Translations under genes and position numbers: made by a program
NCBI GenBank assembly: GCA_050273025.1
Contig: CP158636.1
Span: 11,966,001 to 12,030,000 of the forward strand
Origin: Cenococcum geophilum
Lineage: Eukaryota
Length of the DNA stretch: 64,000 nt
Direction: 5' to 3'
In this document: in pieces, positions 38,474-51,357 of the stretch
How the letters are laid out: the number at the start of each line of letters is the position of its first letter
Numbering within the stretch: position 1 is the first letter of the stretch
Notes under the pieces: generated by a model
What the model was told of the DNA's origin: nothing
The model's database searches: none
The model's input: only the letters and a program-made list of their open reading frames with translations

Positions 38474-40227
38474 ATGCCGGTGAATCCACCACGCACCTAT
38501 TCAACGAGGCTTGCTGTAGTTGCGGAGAGGCGTCAACTTACGGCACGAGCATCCAGAGAGGCCCAACCCAAGGTCAGCAAACCACTCCAGGAGGTACTCG
38601 ATGCCCTTCACCTCGACAGCGAAGCAGACCTAATATCGTGCCTTCTTGAACGCGAAGCATTTCTCGAGCCATGAGCAATCTTCCGCGACGAGGTCGTTTG
38701 GGAACCGAACTCTAACGGCCTGACTATCAGAACGGATGATTTAATACCACAAATTATTCAAGAAGTAAAGCTGAACAGCTTGAGCCAGGATTCAATCCCC
38801 AATAAGTTCGATGCGTACTATCATGTTATACAATTGTATTCTTCGTTGATTCAGAATCTGCAGCAGAAAGAAGAGATTTTCTATGGTTGCGAGGAGGACG
38901 AATACTCAGATATTTGCAAGTCGCTTACCAAGCTAGCCAGCTTCCTGTGAGTGCAGTACAAATCCGGCAGAGGATTCCTAATTCGGGTAATAGAACGAGC
39001 GAAACCATCAAGGCATGCTAAGCTTTCCACTGAACTTATCAAGACTGGAGACCATCCTAACGCCATAGAGTACCGAGAGAAGAGGATGGTTAGGATGACG
39101 GTGGCTGTTAACTTGCACGAAGATGAAGATTATGAGTTATTGCAGGGCATGTTTGTCGACTCGGCCAACGAACCCATCCATCAAGCCGCGATAGAGGAAG
39201 ATAGAGCGGAATACAACCTAAACGGTAGATCTTCCGGTCGGTCCGCCAGTAGCGACGGTTGTAATGGGGATAGGGATCGTAGCGTGAAGGAGATGCGTAT
39301 CCACAACCAAGACGTCGAAACCATAGCTGCAGTAGAGGTGGGGCGGATCCAAGATGTACAGCCTGAGGAAAGTCAAATTGATAATACCGATAAAGAGAGC
39401 AAGCTGATCGCAAAACGCATCGAACGTAACGTCTTTGAGACCAACGATGAGCAATTTCGTCGTGAAGATGACGAGCCTGAAAGCATGGCGGTCGAACGGC
39501 CTTCCGCTCAGCAACGAGTTATGTTCACCACTGCCTCTAAGATGAATCGGGTTCAAGCAGCCACCACTGAAAACCCTCAGAACGCCGAGACAGAGGACGA
39601 GAATGATCAGATCGTTCCGATCAAAGATCTATCCATGGACGAAGACTGGTAGTCAAAGTGACTGACTTCGCGGCAGAGAAAATACGGGCGATAGACTTCG
39701 CATGCAGGGTTGCATTCAATGAAGGTAGGGGGGCCAAAATTTGTGAAGAGCCTTCCATTCACAACTGGGGAGGCGACATCGTTTTGAAGCAGCTCAAAGA
39801 GAAGCAATTGGTGGAGACTGGACCTGACTCGGTAGACAATGATACAGAGAATAGTACGATGGAGTTTGACATTTCAGCTGATGGTGAGACTTCAAAGGGC
39901 GAAATGGAAGATGAAGACGAGCCTGCGGGAAAAGATGTGGGCGGGAAGACTCTGGTTAACCAACTTAATAACTCAACCAGCACCAACGCCATCTCAGAGG
40001 AAGTCCCAACCACAGATCCCGCGCGCCAGATGGCAGCAAAGAAACATTCCCCCAAGCCACCGGCAATTTTCCTGCCCCAAATGCGGACATTCTCAGGATC
40101 AGGTAAAAGCGGGGTGAAGGGACACATCGGCATCCTCCGTCAGCAGAAGGCCAAGATCACTCTCTATAAGCGGCAGCTTGCATCAGGAAGGAAAACGGCT
40201 CGATTAAACACTGCTAAACGAAGCTAG
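38474..40227 (+). pseudogene. Disrupted acidic orphan gene
   Basis: One frame from ATG 38474 is broken by single TGA codons at 38672-74 and 38948-50. An apparent frameshift near 39650 then leads into the 39658-40227 ORF. Confidence 0.6.
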
Positions 40228-40793
40228 GAGAGTGTACAACACTAAACGAGCCGAGTTAGCTAAGTTTAGGCGAGCTCTCTGGGCTAGTGCTTTGGATACG
40301 GAGTTCCGGAGAGCGTGGAGACCAATATGAAGACACGAAAGCAATGATGAGGGCTATATGTTCGCTTAAAAGGCATAATTGAACATCCGCTGTTGAACTA
40401 GTTTATAATATCTAGTTTATAGTATATCGCTAGTAAGGCCGTTCGACCAGTGGGGTAGTACGGGTCGCATTCTATGTTAGCTCACTTGCAAGCGCCGGGG
40501 CTTAGGTTTATTAATTATTATATAAGAGTTTAATCAATAGATCTAGGTAAGTAATAGTCTCCTCGCATAAGCACTTCAAGGTGTAAAACTCTTGTAGTAC
40601 TGCTGCATTACCTTGAATTTTAACGTTAACTGCCTACTGCTCTTTCTGCCTAATCTCGATTATACCGCTATTAACGTTACCCTCTCTAAGCTATAGGATT
40701 CTATTTATAAGCGGTAAGCATCTAGCGCGTAATATAGTTGAGCTTTTATTTATAGGGCATTATTTAGGATATATAAAATAAAATCCCTAGCTC

Positions 40794-43700
40794 TGTCACG
40801 GCTAGCAAATCTACAAATCAATAGGGTAAGGCGTTGAGGGCTCTAGAAGCTATATTATAAATAGACTAAGGTAAGGGCTTAAAGAAAGGGGCGCGGTAGA
40901 CGACTATGTATATATTCGGTTGTTAGGGCGACGTTAGGGCAACGTTGATCCGTAACCAACGACGCCTTAATAGTAGCTATGTAGACGAACCGTCACATCA
41001 CCCCCCTTTAAGCCAGGAGGATCGCCCTTAATCCTTATAGTCAGGCTCTCCTTATCCGTCTTGCCCTTCCATCCTTCTCTACTTTATTATCTTCCTCCAA
41101 GGGCTCTAGATCTACGTCCTTATAATACACCTCTAGCCATTACAACAGCCGTATAGGCGGTCCGGCATCGTAGGGTCTCTTGTCGTAAAACGCCTTAATC
41201 TTATAGGGGGCGCCAATAAAGCCGTCCGCGTTATCCCTTACGCCGTTGATATAGGCGCAATAACTAACAGGCCAATTAGAACCCGTGCATTCAATCAAGG
41301 TCTTGGCAAAAGGAACTTCAAAAAATCTGGTGGCGACCAGGCTCTAGCAGTGGGATTTTAGCCCACCTGTTCTTCGAAATAATATATTAATTAGGCTGCA
41401 TAAGATCTGCATCATTGGAAGTACGTTTACAACCCATTACAGTGATATAGTTATGGCAGGAAGCTATGTAGATTCCATAGTAGAGACATTTTGATTTTTT
41501 GTTGTTCGCGCACGGGCCACATTTATATTGCGCCTCAACGGCGTAAGGGATACTAGGTATTGTCTAGGTTATAACCTACCTAGTTAACCTTATACTATAG
41601 CCTTCCGTAGTAGGTTTTACTAGTAAGGATCTTATTAATCTTATACTTCGGCTCGCTATTAATTAGGATTAGCTTCTTTAGCTTACTATTTTAGCCCGGT
41701 AGGGGGTTATCTAGGTCCTTTTATAGTCGATTAGCATAAAAGACGTTTAATATCTTTATATTTAGGGGTAGGTTAATAATATACGAGTGTCCTTTTATGC
41801 CTAGAATCTTATAGGGCCCTACAAGCTATCTATCTAGCTTAATACTTAATTAGTTAGTAGCCTAGCCCTTCCTAATAACATATACTTAATTACCTACTCT
41901 AAAGTCTAGTTTATAACGGTACCTATTAGCTTGCCTTATCTACCGCTCTTAGGCCTTTACTAGGTTATCTCTTACCTATTTAACTGCGTCCTAGGTCCTA
42001 TATGCGAAAGCCTAAGCTTCTTATTATATTAGCTTCTTATAAGGTATTAAGGTTACTTATATACGTTCCTCCTAGTTAAAGTAAAGCCTTGGCTTAAATC
42101 CTAGCTCTAGCTTATATAGTATAAAGCTAGTAGATTTATGCGGTAAGATTACCTATATAAAGTCTATATAGGGGAGGAGCTCTAACTAATTGTCCTAGTA
42201 GTAGTTAATAAAGGGCCTTAAGCGTTAGTTAATATACTAGTTTAGTACCTCTATATTACTATTAGTTTATAGGTAACTAGATATAGAGAGCTTTTACTTA
42301 ATATCGGTTAGTTTATATAGCTTATTTATAAAGGCTAAGATAAATTAGGGTCCTTAATCTAATATAACCGTCTCTAGAAGGCTATACACGCGTTAGACGT
42401 ATTAGTAGTATAGGTTTACTATATTAGCTACGGTAGTAGTTTTATAGTAGGGTAGTAAGAAGGCTCTTTTACCTAGTTAATTAATAACTATAAAGACGTT
42501 GTCGAAGCCCTTTTTGTCCGTTAGGAAGGACTTAAAATTAAAAGAGATATGCTGCTAGTAGCGTTTACCAATTAGTAGGGGGTGTAGTAGGCCTAGGGTT
42601 TTGTTTTAGGGTATATAGGTCCTCCTATAGGTCCTATAGTTTCTTACGTAGGTATTATAGTCTAATAGTAGTCCTGGCTAATAGTATTAGTCTACTATAA
42701 GTTTCCTAGTCTTTATCTTACCTAGGTAAGCGGTTACCTAGTAAGAGTATACCTCCGCAATAAGGTAGGTACGGAGGCAGTTAGTATTAGGGACTATTAG
42801 CTTACTAAAGCGGGTAAGCAGTCCTCCTTAGAGCTTTTAGCCCTTTTAGTCTTGCTTAGCTAGCTAATATAGCCCTACTAGCGATTTACTAGTTTAATTA
42901 GCCTAAAGGATCTAATTAACTAGCTCATATAGTTCCTATTTGCAATTCGCCGTAACTAGGGGGTCCTTAGAGGTTATTTCTAGTGTGGCGATTATAAGGG
43001 CGGGATTAATTAAGCATATAGTGCGTATAGCCACGTCCTTCTCCTTTTATATCTTTAGGTCCTCTTATTTTCGTAATAAGGTATTAGCCACTATATTTGC
43101 CGTGCCTGGCCTATATATAATCCGCATATAGAAATCCGTAAGTAGGTTTACCTAGTAGGCTTACCGTAGACTTAGCAGCCTTTTAGTGGTAAAGTACTTA
43201 AGGGCTTAATAATCTGTAATTACCATAAAGGGTATACGCTAGAGACCGACAAGGTGACCTCACCATTTCTATAGGCCTCTTATTACCGCTAGTATTTCTT
43301 TATTATAGATCTTATACCGCATCTCTTTAGGGGATATTATCTTTAAGAAAAAGGCTACTAGTTTCCAGGTCCCATCGTCTTATAGCTAGTTTAGCACCCT
43401 AACTACTACTCTATTACTCACGTTAGTCTCTATATAGGTATCTTAGAACGGTAAGTAGTGCCTAATTACACTGCCAGATAGTATTAGGGCCTTAACTCAT
43501 TTAAATACTTTAAGCTCTTCCTCCCCTAGCGGGTGCTATGCTTTCTTCTTTATAAGCTTACTAAGCGGTTATATAACTTAGCCGTAATCCTTTAAAAAGG
43601 CCTAGTAGAAGTTATAGAACCTTAGGAAGGATTACACCCCTTTTATAAAAGTAGGGGGCTCCCAATTCCTAATTATAGCTAGCTTATTAGTGTCTATAGT

Positions 43701-46700
43701 AATCCCGTTAGTTCTAATAATAAAACCTAAGAACTTCGTCTTGGTAATATTAAACTCGCTCTTCTTAATATCCGCTTATAGGCCTGCCTTTTAAAGCCTC
43801 TATAGGACCTTTTTAATATAGACTTTGTGCTCTAGTAGGTCGTCTAAGTAGATTAGGATATTATCTATATAGGCAGTATAGAAATCGTCTAGGTAGTTAA
43901 AAAGGACGCTATTAATAAACCTCTAAAAAGACGTAGGGCCGTTATATAATCCGAAGGGTATAACGCGGTACTTATATAATCCGTACCTTATACGGAAGGT
44001 AGTTAACTCTTCTACCTTTTCCTTTAGCCGTATATAGTAGAAAGCCTGTTAAATATCTAGCTTAGTAAAGATTTTAGCTCTTAATAGCCTGGTTAACGTC
44101 TCCTTAATTAATAGTAGCGGGTAGCGGTCCTTCTTAGTAATTATATTAAGCTTTTAAAAGTTAACGTAGAATTATTACCCCCCTTTTAGTTTCTTAGTAA
44201 ATAGAACCGGAGCTATAAAGGGTACGTTGCTTAGTATAATAAACCCCTTCTATAGGTGCTCCTATAGGTAGGCCTTAATAAGCTCTAGCTGTTCTAATAA
44301 TATATTATATAGCGGGCTAGGGGCTAGATCGCGGCTATCGCCTTTAAAAATAATGTTATGGTCTACTCCCTCGCGATATAGTGGTAGCGTATTAGATATA
44401 GCCTTTAAGAAGCTGTCAATATATTCTTAGTAGGGCTATAGTAGCTTTTTATAGATAAGCCAGCAAAGTTCCTCCTTATTATTAGGTAGGGCGTCTTATC
44501 CCTTTCTATCCTCTATTAGCTGGTCTATCTTATAGAGGCTAGTATACCCAATTACTACGTCCTTACGCTTCGCCCCTTATAAGAAGTTACCTACCTTAAG
44601 TAACGCGATATCTATTACTTTAAACTCCCTAGTAAATAAGAGCCTCCTTACTCTTAGCTTTAACGGTAAAGCTAGCCTAAAGTAAAGCTGGTCCTCCATT
44701 TTTCTAATCGTATTTTAAGTATCGATCTTCTAAGTATACTTATAGTTGTATAAGGTCCGTATAGTTTACTTTAGCCTAGCTTACCCCTCTAGTTTAATTT
44801 TAGTAGGGGGCTTTTTCTTTTAAAGCTCTTTAATTGTAACTGTATATTTAAGGATATATTAGGGGGTAAGTCTAGGCTCTTGGTCTAGCAATACGTCTCT
44901 TTAATCTGCGTCTCTTTAGTAATCCTCATTAATTAGTAGGGGTAGGAGCTCCTTTCTTAGTATAATTACGTCCTACCTACTATAGTAGTTCCTTACGGTT
45001 CGCCATACTAAGGCCTAGCGCTTATAATTAATAAGGGCCCTAGTTTTCTTAAACCACCTATAACTAATAAAAAGATTATAGCGGCTAGTATTACAGAATA
45101 GGAACTATATAGGGACTTATCGGCCGTCTATAACTAGGTTAGCCCTAAAGAGCTATCTAATTATATCTATCTGCTAATTATTATGGCCAGATATAGCAAC
45201 TCCTTATCCCTTAATCTTATAGAACTTTAGTTATAGTTATTACTTAATAATTGGCCGTAGCTTATAGTGTATAAAGGCCTCTCTGCCCGCACTAAAGTTA
45301 AGTAGGCTTACTATATTAAGGGCTACGCCACTTAGCGCGATCCTATATAGTATTATAAGGGCTACGCCTTCTAAGATCTCCTTTAACTATATAGGTGCTA
45401 TATTAGTTACTCCAATCTACTCTAGGTAGAAGACTTTTCCTAAAGCTACTTATTTTCTAACTCTACTAAATTAGTAACTATCTCATACTCTTTAGTTCGG
45501 TTAATTACTTTAGCTTTTATCTTCCTTAGCATAGGGTAGTTATTAATATAGTGTCCTAGTTTACTGTAGTTATAGTAGGTATCTAGTGCTTTTATAGCTA
45601 GTACTAGGGCCAGAGACTACTAGAAAGGGGAGTAACCCTTAATCTCTTTAGCGCCCTTAGTAGAAGCTCTCTTAATAGCCTAGGCTGCTCTATAGTCACT
45701 TCGTTCCTTACCTATCTACTTTAAACCTTAGGCGTACTATTAGGCAGTCTTATAATAGGCGTAGAAGCTATAGTCTTTATCTACCACCTTAACTTTTATT
45801 TAGACGCGTAGGTTGTTATAAAGCTTATTATAAAGCTCCTCTTTTTACTAATTTTGTGGCATCCTTAAGATATTTGCCAGCTGTATAAAGTTAAATTAGA
45901 AATTATTAAAGTCTCCTAAGTATAGCATTTTAAGGCCTTTAAGTTCCTACTAGGCCTTAATGCGGCAATCTAGGTCCTTAAAGACGTTCTTTAGGAACTT
46001 AAGTACTTCTTTACTAGTAGGGTTACGTCCTATATTACGCTCTACTTTTAGGTAAAATAAGAGGTAGTTATAAGCTTTACCGCCTATATATATCTTAATA
46101 TACGCTACTTTTATATCTTCTTCCTAATCTAGGTTGTCTTAATAAAACCAGTCTGCATTAAATTAAAGCTTATTTTATATATAGCCACTCTAGGCACGAT
46201 AGGTAGGCTCTTTCCCATCTATTAGCGTAGGTAGGTTTAGAAACTTTGCCGTGCGTTCTAAACCTATAACGCTGCTCATCTAAGAGAGTAGTGTCCCTTC
46301 TTATATTGTCCGTAACGGTATACTTTCTTACTCGCTATCTTCCTAATCTAGGGCTTATATAGTGACCTTGCGGCCTATTCTTAATATCTTCTAATTAGCC
46401 TTATAGAGCTCGTCTGTCCTATTATCTAGGTACTCCTTAAGCTCCGCTATCTTCGCTTAAGCTTCCTCTTTTATATTAAGAGCTTTATGCGCATAGTTGT
46501 TTATAAGACGCTATAGCATAGCAATCTGCTATTCTATCGCCTTCCTTTATATTCCCTAGAGCTTTAGCTCTTTTATAAGTTCGGTTATAGGAATTGCGGC
46601 TAGGCTTTAGGTAGTCGCGGCTATGTACTCTCTCTTTATCTCTATCTTAAAGTATATAGGGTTCTTATCATCTTCCAATTGCGCTATAAGACGGTCCTAT

Positions 46701-47317
46701 TTACTCTTTATATTGTCTAAAAGCTCTATCTCGCCATAGTACGGTTAGAGCTCCGGCGGCTCAAGTGACGCGTTTATAGGCTCCTTACGTGTTGCCAGCG
46801 TTGGGTCGGTAGCTATCTCTAGCGCACTAGGCCTTAACGCGCTCTTTCTCGCCATAGTATCTCTCTTTACTTCCTTAGGCAATTCCTCTTGCTACTGAGA
46901 TTACAATTAGGGCAATCCCCCCGATCCAACTGCCGCAGTCCCTTCTTCCAGCTGCCCAATCCACTACCGCAACCGCCTACTTAATGTAGGGCTTTAGTGG
47001 GTTAGCTAGTTTATAGTTATAGTGGTAAAACAGATCTGTCTAGCTACGCGTTTAACCGTTAAACCTAGTATTATATCGCCTCTATAGGCTAATTAGGGTT
47101 AACCTTAGTCTAATATTACGGCTAGCAAATCTATAAATTAATAAGGTAAGGCGTTAAGGGCTCTAGAAGCTATATTATAAATAGACTAAGGTAAGGGCTT
47201 AAAGAAAGGGGCGCGGTAGACGACTATGTACATATTCGGTTGTCGGGGCAACATTAGGGCAACGTTAATCCGTAACTAACGACGCCTTAATAGTAGCTAT
47301 ATAGACGAACTATCACA
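40794..47317 (-). mobile_element. Ty3/Gypsy chromovirus LTR retrotransposon, RIP-inactivated
   Basis: 204-bp LTRs at 40794-40997 and 47114-47317, TSD AGCTC, PPT next to 40998. Degenerate CCHC knuckle ~45540-45582; RT AY.DD-like motif ~43850-43875; RNase H ~43450-43100; integrase ~42780-42100; chromodomain ~41650-41150. Confidence 0.95.
41234..41550. mobile_element. 317-bp Tc1/mariner-type MITE inserted in the Gypsy chromodomain
   Basis: TIRs tcccttacgccgttga(tata)ggcgcaata and tattgcgcctcaacggcgtaaggga, with TA TSD at 41232-33 and 41551-52. Confidence 0.88.
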
Positions 47318-47322
47318 AGCTC

Positions 47323-48720
47323 TAGGCCTATAGAGTTAATAATATACTAGTAGGAAAAATTAAAAACTAATAAATTTACGGATTAGCAATCTAGCCACCC
47401 TCTATAATAGGGCTAAATTTATAGCTAGTAAGAGACTATTTAGATCGGCCCGTAAGGTTATTATATACCAAAGCTAGTCTACGCTAAAGCCTTATATAAT
47501 TACGCTTCGTTAGTTAAATATATTAGTAAAAACCATTATATATTCTTGCCAATTCCCGCCTATACCATATACGCGTGTTAAAATTAGAAAGAAAAATTCC
47601 GGTAGAATAATAACTAAGAAATCTTAATTTCCTATTACGGCTGTAATGTAACTAGAATACAAGGGTACTTAACCGGCCCTTTTAAGTATATTATTCTTAT
47701 ATAGAAGCTAGGAAGTAAAGTAATAAAGAGTACTTAATAACCCTTATAAAGATAATAGAGCCTATTTCTAAGACTTTACGCACTAGAAAATCGCAACCAA
47801 GATATCTTTTAATTACACTACTTAATAAATCTCTTAGCTTAATGCTATCTAATCTTTAACTAGTTATAGATAGAGATTTATACCGCCTTTAGCTGTCTCT
47901 TCCTTATTAACCTTATATATACTCTTACTACTACCTCTTTAGCAGCGGCTTTACTAGTAAGCTTTTTATTATTATTAAATACGGTTTAATCCTAACTCGT
48001 ATTAAATTATAGCTAAAATCTTTATACTTCTGGTATTAAAGCTTTCTAAACGCTAGAATAGTATTTAAAACACTATATTAATTATATATAATAATTCTTC
48101 TTTAATTAACGTCTAATACGGATACTATCTAGCCCTATACAGACTACTCCGTATATAAGGGAAAAGTAATATTAACGGGAAAAAACCCTTACTGCTAGGG
48201 GGAGGAAAAACCCTATAAGCCACCTCAGTAGGATAAAAAACCCCGATTTGCTATATCCGTCTATAGCGGTAGCCCTATGGGCCTACGGCTACATCCTATC
48301 CTCCTTAGATGTTTAAACTCCTTAGAAACTACTGCTTCCTTCTCTAGCTTATCTAAGCTAGGGTTTACTATGTCCCAGCTAGGCCTTGCTAATTAATTAC
48401 TATATTATTATTGTTTCCTATATCTTAGCCATCCCCTATATGCTATCTCTTATTTAACTATTACTATATACGCCATACCTTCCCCCCCCTAGGGCCTATT
48501 GAAGGCGTAAGGGGGATTTATCCGTTCTACTATTCTAACACTAAAAGCCAAAAGCGGGATGTATGTACCTGGGTATCTTTTATACCTAGGCCCCAGTTAC
48601 TAGGCCCTCTCTAGGGGCACCACTCCGTTGAGAGGAGATAAGGAAAACTATATGGGGTTGTATCCGGCTGTCGCTTTAGTAGTATTACGGCAGTACGGCA
48701 AGTGACCGTATGCTCCGCGG
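47323..48720. other. RIP-like AT-rich sequence of unknown class that hosts the Gypsy (continues at ~40390-40793)
   Basis: TpA-rich and CpA-poor on both sides of the AGCTC TSD. No transposon motif recognised. Confidence 0.5.
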
Positions 48721-49396
48721 GCGATCGCCCTGGGGGTTAGAAGGGGCCGTATATTTACTTATTCGTTTGCTCGTTTGCGTTCGCTCATTCGTTAATATAA
48801 GAGGTTGTTGATGCTTTCTGTTAGGGGTCGGGGGATGCTATCGAATACTGTATATCCATGTTGGATCGTACAGGTGCCCTAGATAGGAGAATAGTAGTGG
48901 TTGTCGTATTATAGAGGGCCAACAGTAGTGGTTTTCAAGATCTCACCATCCGAAAACTTTTCACCACCGCCCTTAACGCCCACAACCACCACCAGGTCCT
49001 GTCCGCACGCTGTGCGACGTCTCTGCGTTGGCTCTGGATCTGAACTTCGAAGACCAGGTTCGTAGCCGTCACCACGTACAGGTGCAGAGTCCGTTTTCGA
49101 CGGCCATTAATTATATATAGAATAATTAGATACTGTTACTGTATATATATAAAAGTAAAGGCTTTACTATTTATAGAAAGCTAAACGTATATATTATAAG
49201 CGTGGGTTATAACCTTAAAACCTATATATAGGCTGGAAGAACCTTTTAGGCCGGAAGAACTTTTTAGGCTTTATAAAGGATATATATTATATTTATAGTA
49301 GAGGCGTAGATGCCTATAAGGTGCTTTATCAAACTGGACCTAAACGCAATTTTGGACTAAAATGGCCCCTAGACTTCTACGCCACTATATAATTTT

Positions 49397-50830
49397 CTAG
49401 TCAAATTTGCCTTTTTCTATACAACAAGTGCCGCAGAACCTCACAGCTGGGCATATTGAACTAGCATTCCGAATAGTCTCTAAAAGGTAGTTTGCCTCCA
49501 AGCGGGCATAACGGTCATGCTTTAACATATTCGAGACCCAGTCCAAAGGCGTATTATCAAACATCGGCTCCATTTCCCTCAATACCGAAACCCATTCTTC
49601 CTTTGCTTCAAGATTGTTGTAGAAGTATTGGCCGTAGGAACCGTGGAATTCAAAGAATCTCCTCATTGCTTTAACTGTCTCTCCTTTCAAGACAGTTATA
49701 ATGTCTAAAAACACACATCCAAGAGACCAAATGTCAGAGGAGGAATTACGAGGCTCATAGTCAACAACCTCAGGTGCGGAATATCTCGGGGTCATCGCCG
49801 TTGCTCCTTCCGTAGTGCCCCGCTTAGAGTCCGACCAGTCGAAAGACAGCCCAAAGTCAGCCAGGAGAACAGTATTCCCTTTTACTAAAATATTTTGCGG
49901 TTTGATGTCTTTATGCCGGATCTGAGCCTTGTGTAAATATGCGAGGGAAGCAGTAAGACAGCCGAAGAAACTGCGCAGCAATAATTTCTTGTGAGGCGAG
50001 GAGCGCACATTGGCTAAAAATTCGAATAAATTGCAATCTGCAACAGGCGACATAATGAGCGCTAGGGACATAGAGTCTGTATAGCTCCCCACCAGTTTGA
50101 CGATATGGTGGTGATCTAGACGTTTGAGGATTTCCAACTCGGTTGTATAACTTTTTATGTTGAGTAGTTTGGCTCTTCCAAACAAATTACGAGAGATGCG
50201 TTTTCTGACATATTCCTTATTGTTCAACTTGCTTGTTACTTGATGCACCTGACCAAACCTTCCTGACCCCAATATAGCTATAGTCTCATATAACAACGAA
50301 TCCTCTTCCTCGAAATGCATATGTTTACGGTTTCCACCATCCTGAACGTCGACCACATCGGTCATAACCACATACTGTGTCCGCAGGAATAGTGCTGCAG
50401 TTTTAGCATCGAGATATTCCCGGGCCTGCCGCGATGAGACCGGCAGGCAGTAATCAGTGAAGCCACGAGCGATCAATCCATCAAGTAGGTCAGCCCGCCC
50501 AACGGTACTCAGGACAATGAATGTCCGTGGAACTCTAGCCCACGCAGGACAGAGTTTTCGCAGCTCATCAGCAACTTTCTGCACGTCCCCTTCAAGATAT
50601 CTGTGTGGGTGGTGTCTGCAATCGAAAAAGGGTTTTGAGACGGCCGAGAGGATCGGATCGGGGCTTCGGTTGGACATCGAGCGTATGAGTTTTTCAGCCT
50701 CGCTTTTACTCTTCAACGATGTTTCGTTTGCGTCGCAAAGTGTGGTGGATGTAGAGGAGAGAAGAGGCTCATACTGGTTATTATTATTGAAGGTTATGAC
50801 TGTTGATGTTTCGGAAGGGGCTGGAGTCAT
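49397..50830 (-). CDS. Ser/Thr protein kinase with a family-specific N-terminal domain (kinase A)
   Basis: Intronless ORF from ATG 50830. Motifs GSGRFG, YVRK, HKDIKPQN, DFG, YSAPE and DIWSLG. TATA-like AATATAAAG ~85 bp upstream. Confidence 0.9.
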   Translation of the reverse strand: MTPAPSETSTVITFNNNNQYEPLLSSTSTTLCDANETSLKSKSEAEKLIRSMSNRSPDPILSAVSKPFFDCRHHPHRYLEGDVQKVADELRKLCPAWARVPRTFIVLSTVGRADLLDGLIARGFTDYCLPVSSRQAREYLDAKTAALFLRTQYVVMTDVVDVQDGGNRKHMHFEEEDSLLYETIAILGSGRFGQVHQVTSKLNNKEYVRKRISRNLFGRAKLLNIKSYTTELEILKRLDHHHIVKLVGSYTDSMSLALIMSPVADCNLFEFLANVRSSPHKKLLLRSFFGCLTASLAYLHKAQIRHKDIKPQNILVKGNTVLLADFGLSFDWSDSKRGTTEGATAMTPRYSAPEVVDYEPRNSSSDIWSLGCVFLDIITVLKGETVKAMRRFFEFHGSYGQYFYNNLEAKEEWVSVLREMEPMFDNTPLDWVSNMLKHDRYARLEANYLLETIRNASSICPAVRFCGTCCIEKGKFD

Positions 50831-51357
50831 TTTCGGGCTCAACAGCTGTTCGCACCTCCAAATGAGTAACGTGGGCCATGCTGATTGGGTCGCGTCTCCT
50901 AGGCTGCACTACTTTATATTGGGTGCTAACCGGGTAGAAGTGTTACTGTTCTCCCTCTAATTACGATTTTTACTATTATTTTATCATCTACAGTCAATAA
51001 GGCAGACATAGGCTATAAGGCTTTTCTAGCTCAATACTTTCTGCACTCGTCAGCCAACTGCATTTAAGGCATTTGAGCCGCCTCTCAAGGCACCCACGGC
51101 CAATAATGCATGGGTGGTGTCGACCGCTATTGGCCGCCCAGCAATTTGGCGGTCAAGCTGCAGTGCAAGGGTGGGCATGTCGAAAAACCCTGACCCCGCA
51201 CGCCCTAACCCCAACACCAAAATACATCCCGACAGACAAACATAAAGTCCCATTCCGGTAGCTGTGAAACGCTTTATGACTGATAAGGACTATTCTGTGC
51301 CTTAACCAAGCGCTTCGCCGACACTAGCGCAACTAACCAGCCTGAATAGTGGAGACA

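Noticed and set aside
40435..40510. Faint resemblance to 5S rRNA or a tRNA B-box (gttcgacca...gccgggg)
   Set aside because: It needs many gaps to align, lacks the 3' half and forms no cloverleaf. An Infernal/Rfam scan would be needed.
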